The notes: a model not told the origin generated them from the sequence alone. 64,000 nucleotides of DNA from an uncultured Spirochaetota bacterium (GCA_963734545.1 CAVTHO010000008.1:320001-384000); one strand, 5' to 3'; counted from the stretch's first letter, positions 10,263 to 20,764 are shown. Numbers and translations are program-made.

Positions 10263-11117
10263 ATGATGGTTACGCGGAAGCATAGCGGGGCAACCTTCCT
10301 CATCTGGGTCGTGGTCATCGTGGCTGCCTGTTGGGCCTTCTTCCCCTTCTACTGGGCCATCATCACCAGCTTCAAGCCGCCCGGAGTCATCCTCACCAAG
10401 CCCTCCCTGGTGCCCTGGCTGCAGTACACCCCCACCACTGCCAACTGGGAGAACGAATACGTCACCCGGGGCAAGGAGATCGGCAGCGCCCTCCGCAACT
10501 CCGTCATTATCGCCGGGGGAGCCACCATCATCGCCGTTGCGCTGGGCACCATGGCAGGATACGGCCTTGCGCGATTCCGCTTCCACCGCTGGAAGAACAA
10601 AGACATGACCCTGTGGTTCCTCTCCCAGCGCTTCCTGCCCCCCATGGCCACGGCCATCCCCTTTTTCCTGGTCATGAAGTACTTCAGGCTTCTGGACACC
10701 CACTGGGCCCTCATCATCGCCAACGCCACATTCGTCATGCCCTTCGCCGTCCTGATCCTGCGTGACGTGTTCAAGGAGCTGCCCGTGGAACTGGAGGAGG
10801 CGGCCCTGGTGGACGGGGCCTCACGCTTCGGCACTTTCCTTCGCATCGGGCTTCCCCTGGCGGCGCCCGCCATTGCGGTGGCCGCGGTGATCTGCTTCTC
10901 CTTTGCGTGGAATGAGTTTCTCTTCGGACTGATCCTGACCTACCAGAAAGCGCAGCCGGTAACGGTGATCATCGCGGGGGTGGAGCACACGCAGGGCATC
11001 CAGTTCTGGTTCATCGCCACGCGGCTTCTGGCGGCCATCGTTCCCCCGGCCGTCCTGGCGCTGCTGGCCCAGCGATACGTGGTACGCGCACTGACGTTCG
11101 GTGCCATCAAGGGGTAA
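10263..11117 (+). CDS. Sugar ABC transporter permease (MalG/UgpE-like)
   Basis: LPVELEEAALVDGASR, FAWNEFLF, C-terminal GAIKG. Confidence 0.92.
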   Translation: MMVTRKHSGATFLIWVVVIVAACWAFFPFYWAIITSFKPPGVILTKPSLVPWLQYTPTTANWENEYVTRGKEIGSALRNSVIIAGGATIIAVALGTMAGYGLARFRFHRWKNKDMTLWFLSQRFLPPMATAIPFFLVMKYFRLLDTHWALIIANATFVMPFAVLILRDVFKELPVELEEAALVDGASRFGTFLRIGLPLAAPAIAVAAVICFSFAWNEFLFGLILTYQKAQPVTVIIAGVEHTQGIQFWFIATRLLAAIVPPAVLALLAQRYVVRALTFGAIKG

Positions 11118-11129
11118 CCGGGGTTTCGT

Positions 11130-11627
11130 ATGGCGAGAAAAACGACGCGGCTTTCTCTTCTCATCACTGCTTCGCTTCTTTTTCTGGGCGCCGGCCTCCT
11201 GTCGGCCGATGATACGCGCGCACCCCCCTCGTCCGGTCGTGGCGTGACTGCTTCTCAGCTTTGGGAGATGCTGCAGAAGAAGGACTTCTTCCTCGTCAGA
11301 GTAGTCTCGTCTGAAAAGGAGATTCCCCACACCGACGCGCACATCGCGTACATGGACACCCTTTCCAGATTGATCGAGTACCCACGGGACAGATCGGCCA
11401 GAATCATCGTGTACTGCATGACCGGCCGCACCTCCGCGCTGGCCCTGAAGGACCTCCAGGACGCGGGCTTCTCCAACGTGCAGATGCTGGAAGGCGGCAT
11501 GAAGGCGTGGGAGCAGGCAGGACTCCCGCTGGTCAGCCCTGGCGCCGCGCCAGAGGCTCTGTATCCAGCGGCTTCTGCGCAGCCACCGGCGACGCCTCCC
11601 CAGCCTTGTCCCTGCGGGCTGGAGTGA
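11130..11627 (+). CDS. Exported rhodanese-like domain protein
   Basis: Signal peptide; IIVYCMTGRTS active loop; LEGGMKAW; Pro-rich tail ending CPCGLE. Confidence 0.8.
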   Translation: MARKTTRLSLLITASLLFLGAGLLSADDTRAPPSSGRGVTASQLWEMLQKKDFFLVRVVSSEKEIPHTDAHIAYMDTLSRLIEYPRDRSARIIVYCMTGRTSALALKDLQDAGFSNVQMLEGGMKAWEQAGLPLVSPGAAPEALYPAASAQPPATPPQPCPCGLE

Positions 11628-11713
11628 TCGGGCGCTGCAAAAGCCCGGCGCCCCCCCCTCCCATACGCCCTGCCTCGCGGTCCTGCCGCGGCACGCGACG
11701 AGCGGAGCCCCTG

Positions 11714-12189
11714 TCAGCCCGTCTTCCGGCTCAGGAGCAGGTCCACCGCCTCCCGGTTCTTCCACAGCGCGCACCCGCCTGCGGTCTCGGCGAACAGCGC
11801 ATGGTTCTCCCGTATGAGACCGAGGAAGCGCGAACGCAGAGCTTCCCTGAGCGGCACCTTCAGCAGGTTCGTGTCAGAATACGGGGCGAACGGGCAGGGC
11901 TCCAGGTCCCCGGTGGCGCTGATGTGCACGAAGCCGCGCCCCGAGGCCAGGCACCCTCCCTGCTCTTCCTCGTCCCACGGCACGGCAATGAACACGGCAG
12001 GGAAGCGCCGGCGGAAAGAGGCGACCAGGCTCTTCATGGCATCCCGCTGACCGTCGGTGATGACCCACTCGTCCGTGCGAGCAGGAGGAAAAGGCGGCAC
12101 CCGTCGTTGACGGCGCTCTGCACAAATGATTCGTCGGTGACAGTGCCGAAATTCGTCCGTGTCACGGTGAAAGAAAGACTGAAGAAGAT
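11714..12189 (-). pseudogene. Decayed 3' fragment of the radical SAM gene at 16066-17151
   Basis: DNA match to about 16066-16563; ~22-bp frameshifting deletion near 12078; lacks the N-terminus and the CxxxCxxC motif. Confidence 0.85.
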
Positions 12190-12202
12190 CATTCACCGAT
12201 AT

Positions 12203-13027
12203 CTATCCGGGCGTCCCGTCGTGCTTTCTTTTTTTGGCGAGCTGCTGCAGTTGTCCTGCGTGCACGTCGCTCACCCATTCCCAGCCTTTCTTGGCCGATG
12301 GGCCGATCCGCGGGTCGTCGGGAACACCGCCGTCATGCAGGGCATGCACGTACGCGCGATCCCGTTTGATCCGTGCGCGTACCTGATCAGCTCCGCCGAC
12401 GGACCCGTGACCGGGGATGAAGACATCGACATCGTCCGCCACGTCCTCGAGCAGCCGCAGCGCGGCGAGGTAGTCCTCGATCGGATCAGCGGCGCTCAAG
12501 TCGAGCATCGGAATTAGGACATCAGAAAGCATGTCGCCGGCGACGAGAACCCTGCGCTCCTCAATCAACAGGGCCGCATGGCCCGAAGCGTGCGCTTGAT
12601 GCTCGATAATCCGGACTTTAGGGCCGTCCCAAGGAATCTGCGCAGTTTTGGCGGGCAGACCGGTAATGAGGCCGAACAGGTCCAGCGGTACCTCGATTTC
12701 CGGCGGTAACTCCTCGGCGACTTGGGCCTTCCAGTCCGCCTTCGACAGAAGATCTCGGATATCAGCCGCGCAGCGGGCCGTGCCATAACGGGGCGCGGAG
12801 CCGAGCCGGGCGTGCCAGAGCAGGTGATCCCAATGTGGGTGCGTCGAGAAGCCTGCTGCAACGGTCTGGCCCGAATCGGACAGGTCACCAGCGAGGCAGG
12901 CCATTTCGTGGTCCTGTATCCCGGGGTCGATGAGCAACACGCCGGACGGGCCTTGTACGACAACGGCGTTACACTGGCAGAACTCGCTCTCGTGGATTTG
13001 TACACCCTCCGCGACCTGCTTCAGCAC
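12203..13027 (-). CDS. MBL-fold metallo-hydrolase
   Basis: LLIDPG, STHPHWDH, HASGH, VAGDML and IPGHG motifs; GTG start after AAGGAG. Confidence 0.9.
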   Translation of the reverse strand: MLKQVAEGVQIHESEFCQCNAVVVQGPSGVLLIDPGIQDHEMACLAGDLSDSGQTVAAGFSTHPHWDHLLWHARLGSAPRYGTARCAADIRDLLSKADWKAQVAEELPPEIEVPLDLFGLITGLPAKTAQIPWDGPKVRIIEHQAHASGHAALLIEERRVLVAGDMLSDVLIPMLDLSAADPIEDYLAALRLLEDVADDVDVFIPGHGSVGGADQVRARIKRDRAYVHALHDGGVPDDPRIGPSAKKGWEWVSDVHAGQLQQLAKKRKHDGTPG

Positions 13028-13095
13028 GGGTGGCTCCTTCTATTCTTGACGCGATCCATAGGGTCCTCTCTAACGTCGCCCGGATTCGACATGTC

Positions 13096-13458
13096 TCATA
13101 CCGTTTCCGCGGGAAGGCCGCGTATCTCCTGGATGGGCCGTATCTCGATGGTCCCGACTCCCGCAACCGGGATTCGGCCGGCTATTTCGATGGCCTCATC
13201 CAGGTCCCGGACATCAACAAGGTAGTATCCCCCAAGCTGCTCGTGCGTCTCCGCGAACGGACCGTCGCTGACGACACGCTTCCCTCCGCGCACCCTGACG
13301 CAGGTTGCCGTGAACACGGACTGCAGAGGAGACGCGCCGAGGTAGCGGCCGCCGGCGGCGAGGTCACGAGCAAGCCGCGCCGAATCGCGGTAGCAGGCTT
13401 CCCGCTCGGCCTCGCTCAGCGCGTTTTCATCCAGGTAGACCAGGAGCATGTACTTCAT
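13096..13458 (-). CDS. YciI family (DGPF) protein
   Basis: MKYMLLVY...SDGPFAETHEQLGGYYL...IEIRPI. Confidence 0.92.
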   Translation of the reverse strand: MKYMLLVYLDENALSEAEREACYRDSARLARDLAAGGRYLGASPLQSVFTATCVRVRGGKRVVSDGPFAETHEQLGGYYLVDVRDLDEAIEIAGRIPVAGVGTIEIRPIQEIRGLPAETV

Positions 13459-13461
13459 ATG

Positions 13462-13872
13462 CTATGCCGGCGCTCCTGGCGCATTCTCTGCCCTCGTGAT
13501 GCGGGCATAACGGCCGTCCTCCCTGAGCTCCGGCTCGACGGGGCGCACTTCTATGCTGCCCAGTCGGGCCGAGGGCCAGCGGGAGGCCAGTCGGATGGCC
13601 TCATTCAGGTCCTGGGCGTCGATGAGGAAGAATCCGCCGAGAGACTCTTTTGTCTCGGCAAACGGACCGTCGGTGATGGAGAGCTCTCCGTTTCGGATGC
13701 GGACCGTCGCTGCGGTTCGCGTGCTCTGCAGGGGCTCTGTCGCGATGAGATGGCCGTCCAGTCTGAGCTGGTCGACGTAGTCCAGGGTCTCGCGTCGAAG
13801 CTGATCCCATTCGCTTTGGGAAAGGGCGTTCAGCTTTGTTTCCTCTTCGTAGGCAAGACAAAGGTATTTCAT
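13462..13872 (-). CDS. YciI family (DGPF) protein
   Basis: MKYLCLAY...[17 protein letters not shown]...IEVRPV. Confidence 0.92.
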   Translation of the reverse strand: MKYLCLAYEEETKLNALSQSEWDQLRRETLDYVDQLRLDGHLIATEPLQSTRTAATVRIRNGELSITDGPFAETKESLGGFFLIDAQDLNEAIRLASRWPSARLGSIEVRPVEPELREDGRYARITRAENAPGAPA

Positions 13873-15143
13873 CTCTGTTCTCCTTCCGTGTATGAAGGGT
13901 CAAGCTCCCGCATCTTTCTTCTCAGGAAGCGGCGCTCCGGCTCCTGTCGGGTCAGGGCAAGGGCGGAGCGGAAAGACTCTCGGGCTTCGTCCGTTCTCCC
14001 CAACCTTCGGCACAGCTCTGCACGGGCCGCGTGCGCCAAGTGATACTCGGCGAGCTCGCCCCGAGCCAGCAAGGCATCGATGAGGTCCAGGCCGGGCCGC
14101 GGACCGTCACGCATCGCCACCGCCACCGCCCGGTTGAGCTCCACCACCGGCGAAGGGTTGGTCTGATACAGCAGGTCATAGAGCTCGGCAATCCGGGGCC
14201 ACTCCGTGGCCGCGGCCGTCAGGGATGCAGCGTGGACCGCCGCGATGCTGGCCTGGAGCGTGTAGGGGCCGGCGGGGCCGGACGCCCAGGCCCGTCCCAC
14301 CAGATCGATTCCCTCCGCGATCTGGTGCCGATCCCACAGCAATCGGTCCTGGTCCTCGAGAAGGACGAGATCGCCTTCTGGCGTCGATCGCGCGGCTCGG
14401 CGCGACTCCTGCAGCAGCATCAAGGCCAAGAGCCCTATCGCCTCCGGCGCCGGCAGAAGCTGCGCCAGAAGTCGTCCCAGGCGGATCGCCTCTCCCGAGA
14501 GATCCGCACGTGTCAGCGACTCCCCCGATGTCGCCGAGTAACCCTCGTTGAAAACCAGATAGACGACCCGGAGCACGGCATCGAGCCGCCCAGGCAGGTC
14601 TTTCTCCGAGGGCACTTCGTAGGGGATGCGGGCACCGCGGATTTTTGCCTTGGCTCGGACGATCCGCTGCGCGATCGTGACCGGGCTGGTCAGAAAAGCC
14701 CGGGCTATCTCCTCCGTGGTGAGCCCGCACACCTCCCTCAGCGTCAACGCCGGACGCGCGTCCGAGGACAGGGCCGTGTGACAGCAGGTAAAGATCAGTC
14801 GAAGCTGATCGTCAGGAACGGCCTCCAGGGAAGGAGAGTCCTGTTCGTAGGAGACCAGCAGAGGAGAGGCCAGCGCGGGAAGCGCCCTGTCGAAGCGGGA
14901 GCGACGCCGCAAGGCGTCAATCGCCTTGAAGCGCCCCGTCGATATCAACCATGAGCGCGGGTTGGCCGGCAGACCCTGCTCGGGCCACTGCCGCGCGGCG
15001 GCCGCGAAAGCATCGTGGAGGGCGTCCTCGGCCGTGTCGAAGTCGCCGAGCAGACGGATCAGGGTGGCCAGGATCCGCCGTGACTCAGCCCGATAGATTC
15101 TGTCCAGTATGGCGCCGACGGCTTCGGCCTCATGGGCACCCAT
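13869..15143 (-). CDS. ECF sigma factor with C-terminal TPR extension (ECF42-like)
   Basis: [63 protein letters not shown]; adjacent DGPF genes are typical of this group. Confidence 0.9.
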   Translation of the reverse strand: MGAHEAEAVGAILDRIYRAESRRILATLIRLLGDFDTAEDALHDAFAAAARQWPEQGLPANPRSWLISTGRFKAIDALRRRSRFDRALPALASPLLVSYEQDSPSLEAVPDDQLRLIFTCCHTALSSDARPALTLREVCGLTTEEIARAFLTSPVTIAQRIVRAKAKIRGARIPYEVPSEKDLPGRLDAVLRVVYLVFNEGYSATSGESLTRADLSGEAIRLGRLLAQLLPAPEAIGLLALMLLQESRRAARSTPEGDLVLLEDQDRLLWDRHQIAEGIDLVGRAWASGPAGPYTLQASIAAVHAASLTAAATEWPRIAELYDLLYQTNPSPVVELNRAVAVAMRDGPRPGLDLIDALLARGELAEYHLAHAARAELCRRLGRTDEARESFRSALALTRQEPERRFLRRKMRELDPSYTEGEQR

Positions 15144-15152
15144 CTCCCGCTG

Positions 15153-15686
15153 TTACCGTCCTTCGTACGCCCGCTTCAGGGTGGCGATGTCTATCTTCTT
15201 CATCTGCAGCATGGCATTCATGACCCTGGTGGATCTTTCCCGATCGGGGCCGCCCATCAGCTCCGGCAGCGCCTTCGGGATCACCTGCCATGACACGCCA
15301 TACGTGTCTTTCAGCCAGCCGCACTGCTCCGCCCGGGGGTCGGCTGAGAGCTTTTCCCAGAAGTAGTCCACCTCCCTCTGGTCAGCGCATTCGAGGTAGA
15401 GGGAAATGGCCTCCGTGAACTTGAACATGGGACCTCCATCGAGCGCCATGAACCGCTGCCCCGCCAGTACGAATACGCCGGTGAGGACCTTCCCCTCCAT
15501 GCCTTTCATGAGCTCGTCCAGCGCCTTGTCCGGATACTCCAGGCCGCCATGCCGGCTGATACTGAGGATCTTCGAGTCACCATTCTTTGGCGACCCCGCG
15601 AAGACCGAGACGTAGAAGTTCATCGCCTCCTCGGCCTGCCTGTCGAACCACAGAAACGGGGTGATTGCCTGTGTCTCTGCCTTCAT
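15153..15686 (-). CDS. VOC/PhnB-like protein (3-demethylubiquinone-9 3-methyltransferase family)
   Basis: ITPFLWFDRQAEEAMNFY, FTEAISLY, CGWLKDTYGVSWQ, MLQMKKIDI. Confidence 0.92.
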   Translation of the reverse strand: MKAETQAITPFLWFDRQAEEAMNFYVSVFAGSPKNGDSKILSISRHGGLEYPDKALDELMKGMEGKVLTGVFVLAGQRFMALDGGPMFKFTEAISLYLECADQREVDYFWEKLSADPRAEQCGWLKDTYGVSWQVIPKALPELMGGPDRERSTRVMNAMLQMKKIDIATLKRAYEGR

Positions 15687-16065
15687 GCCTGCTTCCTCCT
15701 GAGTCCGGCGACACCGCCAGCTCAAGATATTGTCGTTTCCGGGGAAAGGAAATCGACAGGGAAGGAGCTGCTTTCTCGCGCTCGCCGCAATGGCAGGCAC
15801 CCGTTCGGTGTCACTCACTTGTCAGGAGTCTCATGAGGGCGCGGGGCGAAGAGGCCAATCTGGGGGAAATCCTGGACGAGCTTGAGACCCGTGGTGCGTA
15901 GGGGAGCGTCTCCCTCATCTTTCTGGATGGCAACGGGCAGGGACATGGTTCGCCGACACCAACCAGGCCTTCCTATCGGCTGGCTTCTCTACGAACGCAG
16001 CGAGCCCGGAGTCCCCGCTCCCTGATGAGCGGTACCCCGGCCATGGCAGGGAAGCTTTACCCGAG

Positions 16066-17151
16066 CTACACGGCTTTTCCGGCCAGCATCGCTTCGACCG
16101 CGTCCCTGTTCTTCCACAGCGCGCAGCCTCCCGACGTCTCGGCGAACATGTCGTGGTTCTCTCGCATGCTGACGAGGAAGGGGGACTTCAGCGCTTCGCG
16201 GAGCGGTGCGTTCTTCAGATTGATGTCCGAGTACGGTGCAAACGGACAGGGCTCCAGGTCACCGGTGGCGCTGATGTGGACGAAGCCGCGCCCCGAGGCC
16301 AGGCACCCTCCCTGCTCTTCCTCGTCCCACGGCACGGCAATGAACACGGCAGGGAAGCGCCGGCGGAAAGACGCGACCAGGCTTTTCATGGCATCCCGCT
16401 GACCGTCGGTGATGACCCACTCGTCCGTGCCCTCCCGGATGGGGGTGTACTCGAGGAAGAGGAAAAGGCGGCATCCGTCGTCGATGGCGCTCTGCACAAA
16501 TGCTTCATCAGTGACCGTGCCGAAATTCGTCCGCGTCACGGTGAAAGAAAGACTGAAGAAGATTCCCGCCTTCTTGAGCTCAGCCATCTTCACCAGCAGG
16601 CGCTCATGCACGCCCCGGCCGCGTCTCCCGTCGGTCTCTGCCTGGTTGCCTTCGATGCTCAAGACGGGCACCGTGTTGCGCTGCGCCTTCAGCCTCTCGA
16701 TGAGCGGCGCGTCGAGCAGAAGGCCGTTTGTCACGAGGAGAAATATGATATGAGGGAAGTCCCGCGCGATGTCCACGATTTCAGGCCGCGTGAGGGGCTC
16801 ACCGCCCGCGATCACGAAAAAGGAGACGCCCAGCTCGTCTGCCTCCTTCACAATGCCGCGCAGCTTGTCGGCGGAAAGCTCGTCCGGTGCGTCGCCTCGA
16901 ATCGCCTGCGCGTAGCAGCCTTTGCATTTGAGGTTGCACCTGTTGGTGATGCTGAAAATGGCGATGGGCGGAACCGTGACACCTTCCGCCGCCAGCCGGG
17001 CCCGTCGGCGCGCCGCACTGCCCTGCCAGAGCACGGTCCTGGCAAAAAAGAGCGCCTGGCCGGGGTGCCGCAGGCTCACACGCACGAACTCGGAGAAGAA
17101 AATGCGGATGCCCAGGTTGAGCTTCGAGGTCGCGGACATTTGGATTGCCAT
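16066..17151 (-). CDS. Radical SAM protein with SPASM/twitch-like C-terminus
   Basis: CNLKCKGC, AGGEPL, TNG, GGCLASGRGFVHISATGDLEPCPF; AGGAG RBS. Confidence 0.9.
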   Translation of the reverse strand: MAIQMSATSKLNLGIRIFFSEFVRVSLRHPGQALFFARTVLWQGSAARRRARLAAEGVTVPPIAIFSITNRCNLKCKGCYAQAIRGDAPDELSADKLRGIVKEADELGVSFFVIAGGEPLTRPEIVDIARDFPHIIFLLVTNGLLLDAPLIERLKAQRNTVPVLSIEGNQAETDGRRGRGVHERLLVKMAELKKAGIFFSLSFTVTRTNFGTVTDEAFVQSAIDDGCRLFLFLEYTPIREGTDEWVITDGQRDAMKSLVASFRRRFPAVFIAVPWDEEEQGGCLASGRGFVHISATGDLEPCPFAPYSDINLKNAPLREALKSPFLVSMRENHDMFAETSGGCALWKNRDAVEAMLAGKAV

Positions 17152-17467
17152 GGTGTCGGTGTTCTCCTGGTACGATGAATGGGAACGCCCGCAGCATAGC
17201 ATATGCAGGGCTCCCCTGGGAATGAAACACCGACCAGCCCTGCTTTTGTCCCGTGAAAAGCAATCGGAGCGGCTGGCGACCCAACTCTTCCTGTATCGAC
17301 TGCCAGAGAGCACTCATATTCTGGCAGGCCGCCTCAAGGTCGCGTACAAGGCGTCGTGGTGCCGCGCGGAGGCTCCTGTCAGGTGTCCTGACCCTGCCCC
17401 GCCGGCCGTTCCGGGCCGCGGCCTGTTTCTCCAGGGCCGGGCCCGGTGGCTGGACTGCAAGAGTGCG

Positions 17468-17947
17468 CTAGGAAGTATGCGCCCGCTCGCCGTCCGTGAT
17501 GGCCTGCCCGACGTTGGGCTGCCCTTTGCCTTTGACAATCAAGCTCTGCAAGCTGCCCTTGATATATGTGCCCCATGCGTCTGAACAGACGTCGTAGCAC
17601 TCATACTCGGGGACGAGACCCACGTGCGTGAAGCGGACTTCGGTCTTGTCGCCCTTTCGGGAAATCTCAAACCTGATATCCGTGCCCTTCCACTCGGTCT
17701 TGTCCTTCGTAAAACTGAAGTGGTTGTCCAGGACCCGCCAAACGACTTCTTTACCGGGAGTCAATGCTGTTATCCGCATTCTGCAGCGATGGACGTCCTT
17801 GAAATGATAGCGAAACTCCGCCCCGAGTCTATCGGTATCACCTTCGACTTCTTCTGACCACCATCCACGAACATTGTTGATGGCAGCGAAGACCTCTTCC
17901 GGAGTCTGGCCTACCGCAAAGGTAGTGGAGTAGTTCTTCCCACTCAT
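17468..17947 (-). CDS. SRPBCC domain protein (copy 2)
   Basis: TPEEVFAAINNVRGWW...EWKGT...FTHVGLVPEYECYDVCSDAW. Confidence 0.88.
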   Translation of the reverse strand: MSGKNYSTTFAVGQTPEEVFAAINNVRGWWSEEVEGDTDRLGAEFRYHFKDVHRCRMRITALTPGKEVVWRVLDNHFSFTKDKTEWKGTDIRFEISRKGDKTEVRFTHVGLVPEYECYDVCSDAWGTYIKGSLQSLIVKGKGQPNVGQAITDGERAHTS

Positions 17948-18397
17948 GTCTGCCGTTCCTTCTGGGCCTTGCCCGTAGTGATCAAGCTCCGCAAGCTGCC
18001 CTTCACGTAGGAGCCCCATGCGTTTGAGCAGGCATCGAAACACTCAAAATCGGGAACCAGGCCCGCGTGAGTGAAGCGGACCTCGGTTTTGTTTCCCTTT
18101 TTCGAGATATTCAAAAGTGATTTCCGTGCCCTTCCACTCCGTCTTGTCCCTGGTGAAATCAAGGCGTGCGTCGAGCACACGCCAAACGACTCTCTTGCCG
18201 GGGATGAGCTCAGTCACTTTCTGCTTGCTGTAATGGACGGGTTCGTAGCGATAGGTAAACTCGTCACCGAGCTTGTCGGTGCTCCCTTCAACTCCCGGCT
18301 TCCCTGTCCACCATCCACGAACATTGTTGATGGCAGCGAAGACTTCTTCCGGAGTCTGGCCGACCGCAAATGCCGCTGTGAAATCCTGCCCGCTCAT
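17944..18397 (-). CDS. SRPBCC domain protein (copy 1; frameshift near 18110)
   Basis: Paralog of the neighbouring gene; ORFs 18044-18535 and 17944-18180 join when one base is removed near 18110. Confidence 0.8.
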
Positions 18398-18474
18398 GAC
18401 CCTCTCCTTTCCGCGGACGAATATACTCATTTCACTTGCAAATTGCAAGTTATTTTGGTAGTATTGATGCGGCC

Positions 18475-18924
18475 ATGAAAAAGGGAACGAACAAGCTTCG
18501 ATCACACTGCCCGGTGAACTATGGTCTTGAAGCATTTGGCGACCGTTGGGCGCTGCTGATCCTTCGAGACATTGTTTTTCGGGGCAAGCGCACCTTCGGA
18601 GAGTTTCTGAAATCAGAAGAGAGTTTTGCCACCAACATTCTTGCCTCGCGCCTGGCTCACCTCATGACGGCAGGGATTCTTCAGCGTGAGGCGGATGAAA
18701 CGGACGGAAGGAAAGACATCTATTCCCTTACGGAAAAGGGTCTGGATCTCATTCCTTTGCTCTTTGAAATGGTTCTGTGGAGTGCGAAGTACGACGATCG
18801 GTCAGAGGCCAGACGTATCGTTCGCCTTGTCGAGCTCATCAGGAAAGACAATCGCAAAATCAGTCAGCACGTGATGGAACAGGTAAGGCGGGGCGAAGGG
18901 ATTGTGGCAGGGTATGTGTCGTAA
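18475..18924 (+). CDS. HxlR family winged-helix regulator
   Basis: RSHCPVNYGLEAFGDRWALLILRD...NILASRL...YSLTEKGLDL. Confidence 0.9.
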   Translation: MKKGTNKLRSHCPVNYGLEAFGDRWALLILRDIVFRGKRTFGEFLKSEESFATNILASRLAHLMTAGILQREADETDGRKDIYSLTEKGLDLIPLLFEMVLWSAKYDDRSEARRIVRLVELIRKDNRKISQHVMEQVRRGEGIVAGYVS

Positions 18925-18995
18925 AGTCCCGCGCCGCCGCTGCGCCTGACTGGACTACTTCTCCGTGTACTCCTGCGGACCCTTGCCGCCCGTGT

Positions 18996-20252
18996 CTACG
19001 GGGCGAGATCGGGATAAAGCTTGCGCATGCAGTCAGGACAAATGTCGTGGGAGAACTGGGCATCCGTGTGATCCGTGATGTATCTTTCGAGTCCACTCCA
19101 GGAGCCCTTGTCATCCCGGATCTTTTTACACGAGGCGCAGATGGGGAGCAGGCCCCTGAGGGTCTTGATGTCCCCGAGCGCCGCCTGCAGCTCCGTGATG
19201 AGTTTCTCCCGCTCCAGCTCCAGCGCTCGACGCTCGCTCAGGTCATGGATCACGAGTACGCTTCCCGAGGTGCTCCCATCACGGTCAAGCAGGGGCGACA
19301 GGCGCATGTCGATGTAGCGCCCGGGATCCCCCGGCAGAGACATCTCCACATGGTCGACGGTCTGTTCACGAAGCCCGGCAATCGCGGCGCCCAGCGGGCC
19401 GGGAACCTCATCCACGGGTCTGCCGACGATCTCGGCCATGCCGCCCATAAGAGAGCGCGCCGTCGGATTCACGTCCACGACCCGGTTCGACGCATCCAGG
19501 ACCAGGAGACCGTCCGCCATGCTTTCCACCAGGAAATGGCGCGCCACCGGCACGACGTCCAGGAGCTGGAACCGCCTCATGCCCACAATGACCAGGAGTC
19601 CGGTGATGGCAAATCCGAGGGGGGGCAGGTCCAGACCCGGGAAGGGGCTGATCGGCAGGATATAGATCACGGAGAAGATCCACGGAACGAGCAGGCCCGC
19701 CAGGAGAATCACGGTCTGCCGGACGAACATCCGCTGCGCTCTCCATGCGGCCCAGCCGATTGTGATGGCCGCCAGAACCCCCAGCACGGCATAGTATGCC
19801 ACGGCAACAAAGAACCAGGGTCCGTGACCGAAAATCAGGATATTCGATCCGGGCACAGGGCCGGGTGTGAAGCCCGTCCATATCAGTCCGTGCCATCTGT
19901 TGGTTGCCGCGAGTACGAGGGTAGCCACGGGGATGAGCCACAAGGCGGCCAGCTGCCACCACGTCGGCTTCCAGGAGTGCTTGCGATAGCGAAGCGCAAA
20001 GAGGAGGCAGAGGGGAGACACGTTGCTCGATCCCACGTAGCCCATAACTGCCAGGAACACCTTTCGATCCTCGCCGATTGCCGCTGACCCGATGCCCGAG
20101 CTGAGCGCCCAGACAAAAACGGCGCACATCATGAGGGAGAACTCAGTTGCCCCCGGAATGGCGCGGCGACGCCAGCCCATGATCACCACCACCAGGGCCA
20201 GGAGGGCCGCGATGAAGGCAACCATAACCGGCGCGGCGAGCATGTATCTCAC
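18996..20252 (-). CDS. 7TM (HisKA_7TM-like) + PAS sensor with a Cys-rich C-terminal domain
   Basis: About 7 TM (LAATNRWHGLIW); PAS VESMADGLLVLD..NRVVDVNP; tail LPICASCKKIRDD...FSHDICPDC; no HATPase domain. Confidence 0.85.
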   Translation of the reverse strand: MRYMLAAPVMVAFIAALLALVVVIMGWRRRAIPGATEFSLMMCAVFVWALSSGIGSAAIGEDRKVFLAVMGYVGSSNVSPLCLLFALRYRKHSWKPTWWQLAALWLIPVATLVLAATNRWHGLIWTGFTPGPVPGSNILIFGHGPWFFVAVAYYAVLGVLAAITIGWAAWRAQRMFVRQTVILLAGLLVPWIFSVIYILPISPFPGLDLPPLGFAITGLLVIVGMRRFQLLDVVPVARHFLVESMADGLLVLDASNRVVDVNPTARSLMGGMAEIVGRPVDEVPGPLGAAIAGLREQTVDHVEMSLPGDPGRYIDMRLSPLLDRDGSTSGSVLVIHDLSERRALELEREKLITELQAALGDIKTLRGLLPICASCKKIRDDKGSWSGLERYITDHTDAQFSHDICPDCMRKLYPDLAP

Positions 20253-20309
20253 TCCACCTCCCCTTTGCGCTCAATCATAATACAAGCGCAAGCGATGGTG
20301 GAGGGGCGA

Positions 20310-20684
20310 CTACGACCTGCCGGGCTGCCGCGCGTCCGACCCGTGGTGAGTGCTTTCCCGCCCTGCCAGCAGGACCGCGGCTATGAGCATGCCGAAAGCC
20401 GCCGCCTCCAGAAGGCCAAAAAGAATCGAGCTCACGGCCAGCATTCTCGCCATGGAGGCGTTGGTCCACCCCTTCTCGACTCGTCCGACAAGAATCGCAT
20501 TGGCAAGAAAAACGTGTGCGATCCTGCCGAGGAGGAAAAGCGCAAAGGAAGCGGCCGAGAGTACGCACGCCCGCACGGAACGCCGCATCATGACAAGGAA
20601 AATCACGATCCCCGCGAGCAGGGCCAGGAGGGTCGGGAGCTGCGACAGGAGCTGCATGATGGAGCTTGATACGATCTGATTCAC
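20310..20684 (-). CDS. Hypothetical membrane protein (3 TM)
   Basis: GTG start after GGAGG; three hydrophobic helices; downstream of deoC on the same strand. Confidence 0.6.
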   Translation of the reverse strand: MNQIVSSSIMQLLSQLPTLLALLAGIVIFLVMMRRSVRACVLSAASFALFLLGRIAHVFLANAILVGRVEKGWTNASMARMLAVSSILFGLLEAAAFGMLIAAVLLAGRESTHHGSDARQPGRS

Positions 20685-20764
20685 AGGCGGCCTCCGGGCT
20701 GCGCGTCAAAAGGAAATGCCGAGGCGTCTCCTGGCAGGCGTGGCCCTGCGGGCCGTCGCCAATG

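Noticed and set aside
15690-16065. Possible ncRNA or small ORF in a 375-bp gap
   Set aside because: Only a ~22-codon ORF and no recognisable riboswitch or convincing structure.
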